The notes under the pieces are model-generated. The model was not told the origin of the DNA. It searched no databases and saw only the letters and a program-made list of their open reading frames with translations. A program made the translations under genes and the position numbers. From positions 10,602,001 to 10,666,000 of the forward strand of contig NC_083284.1 in assembly GCF_963506605.1 (NCBI RefSeq): a stretch of DNA of 64,000 nt, given 5' to 3'. Shown here piece by piece: positions 62,784 to 64,000 of this stretch. The stretch's first letter is position 1. Every line of letters begins with the position of its first letter. The stretch is from Zootoca vivipara (taxonomy: Eukaryota).

Positions 62784-63599
62784 ATCTTAAACAACTCCTC
62801 ACCCACAATAATACAACCACCAGACTTAACATGGACACTGGTACCAGAGCCTGCAATAAACCCAGATGCCAACTTTGCTGCCACATACACCCGGACAACA
62901 TCATTACTGGCCCCAACAACATCCAACATACCATCTCAGGACTATTTAATTGCTCATCTTCTAACATTGTGTATGCCATCAAATGCCAACAGTGCCCTTC
63001 AGCTCTCTATATTGGACAAACAGGCCAAACCCTACGCCAAAGGATAAATGGACATAAATCTGACATCAGGAACCAGAAGACAGAAAAACCAGTAGGAGAA
63101 CACTTCAATCTCCCAGGACATTCTATACAAGATCTCAAAGTAGCTGTCTTACTACAAAAGAATTTCAGAAATAGACTGGAAAGAGAAGTTGCTGAATTAC
63201 AACTTATCACCAAGCTCAAAACCATGGAGGGACCTGGTTTGAACAGAGATATCGGATTCTTATCTCATTATACATGATAAGCGATCTTCAGCCATCTCAA
63301 CCCTTGCTTTTTCATGCAAAACCATTTGCAGTCGTTTTCGGTCATCAACAGCTATCAGTCAGTCAATCACCCACTTCCACCACCCTTCTGAGTGATCCCC
63401 CCTCCCCTCCCCATCCCCACCCCTCCCCACCCCTTCTCTACATAAGTGCCTGGGGACTTCTATTTCACTGTATCTGAAGAAGTGTGCATGCACACGAAAG
63501 CTCATACCAAAATAAAAACTTAGTTGGTCTTTAAGGTGCTACTGAAGGAATTTTTTTATTTTACTTCGACCCAGACCAACACGGCTACCTACCTGTAAC
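62784..63599 (+). mobile_element. 5'-truncated Penelope-like retroelement, GIY-YIG endonuclease end (ORF 62831-63277)
   Basis: CNKPRCQLC linker, NIVYAIKC..C...YIGQT...RINGH. CTTGTCCCAA on both flanks and a hammerhead motif at 63470-63507. Confidence 0.9.
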
Positions 63600-63624
63600 C
63601 TTGTCCCAAGCTAATACTCTTCTT

Positions 63625-63905
63625 CTTTCTTCTTTGGCAATCACTCTTGGCCGAGTAAGATTGCCTTCCATAAACACGGTTTTAACAATGAGTCCATAAG
63701 TGACTGCAGAGGCCAATTCTGGATCCACATGTCCTTCCACAGTGGGGACATTGGTTTCCGGGCAGGAGTTGATCATGGGCCAAGCGTGCCTTCCTCTTAG
63801 CATGTTTCTCCCTTGCGTCCTGAGTTCAAGTGTCTTCCAAGCCCATGACACCTTTGGTAAAGGCTGTTCTCCAATTGGAGCGCTCACAGGCCAGTGTTTC
63901 CCACC
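63625..63905 (-). mobile_element. RTE-clade LINE 3' end
   Basis: Reverse-complement match to 60670-60940. Confidence 0.8.
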
Positions 63906-64000
63906 TTGAACGTAGCCCAATGTCAGGGACTGGACAGAGGAGGAATAGTGGAGACCGCCTCCCCAGCCTGACCATTCCAGAGAAGAAGTCGACAGTTCAG

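Noticed and set aside
47200-64000. Exons of an expected neighbouring gene upstream of SOWAHB
   Set aside because: No supportable coding exon was recognised; the ORFs here are TE-derived or short.

Overview
Vertebrate, almost certainly squamate and probably lacertid, genomic DNA, inferred from abundant Sauria SINEs, Bov-B, CR1, L2, Penelope and hAT/Tc1 MITEs. There are three N-gaps. The left 26 kb holds a head-to-tail minus-strand tandem array of prototype-galectin genes, galectin-1 / chicken CG-16-like by recalled similarity. Two copies are complete: A (CDS 10593..5797) and B (CDS 24853..19811). A third copy is represented by its promoter and first exon (1510..1502) and continues off the left edge. 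Both complete copies carry an extra in-frame 57-nt exon between the canonical 9-nt first exon and the 80-nt exon, predicting five-exon galectins with a 19-aa N-terminal insert. Copy B keeps all seven core galactoside-binding residues and has a 4-aa loop duplication, while copy A has lost two (His44->Tyr, Arg73 absent). Copy A's upstream region has been remodelled by nested hAT-type insertions. The single-exon ankyrin gene SOWAHB (46821..44785, minus) sits in a CpG island. The rest is TE-rich intergenic DNA, including Penelope-like elements with minimal hammerhead ribozyme motifs.
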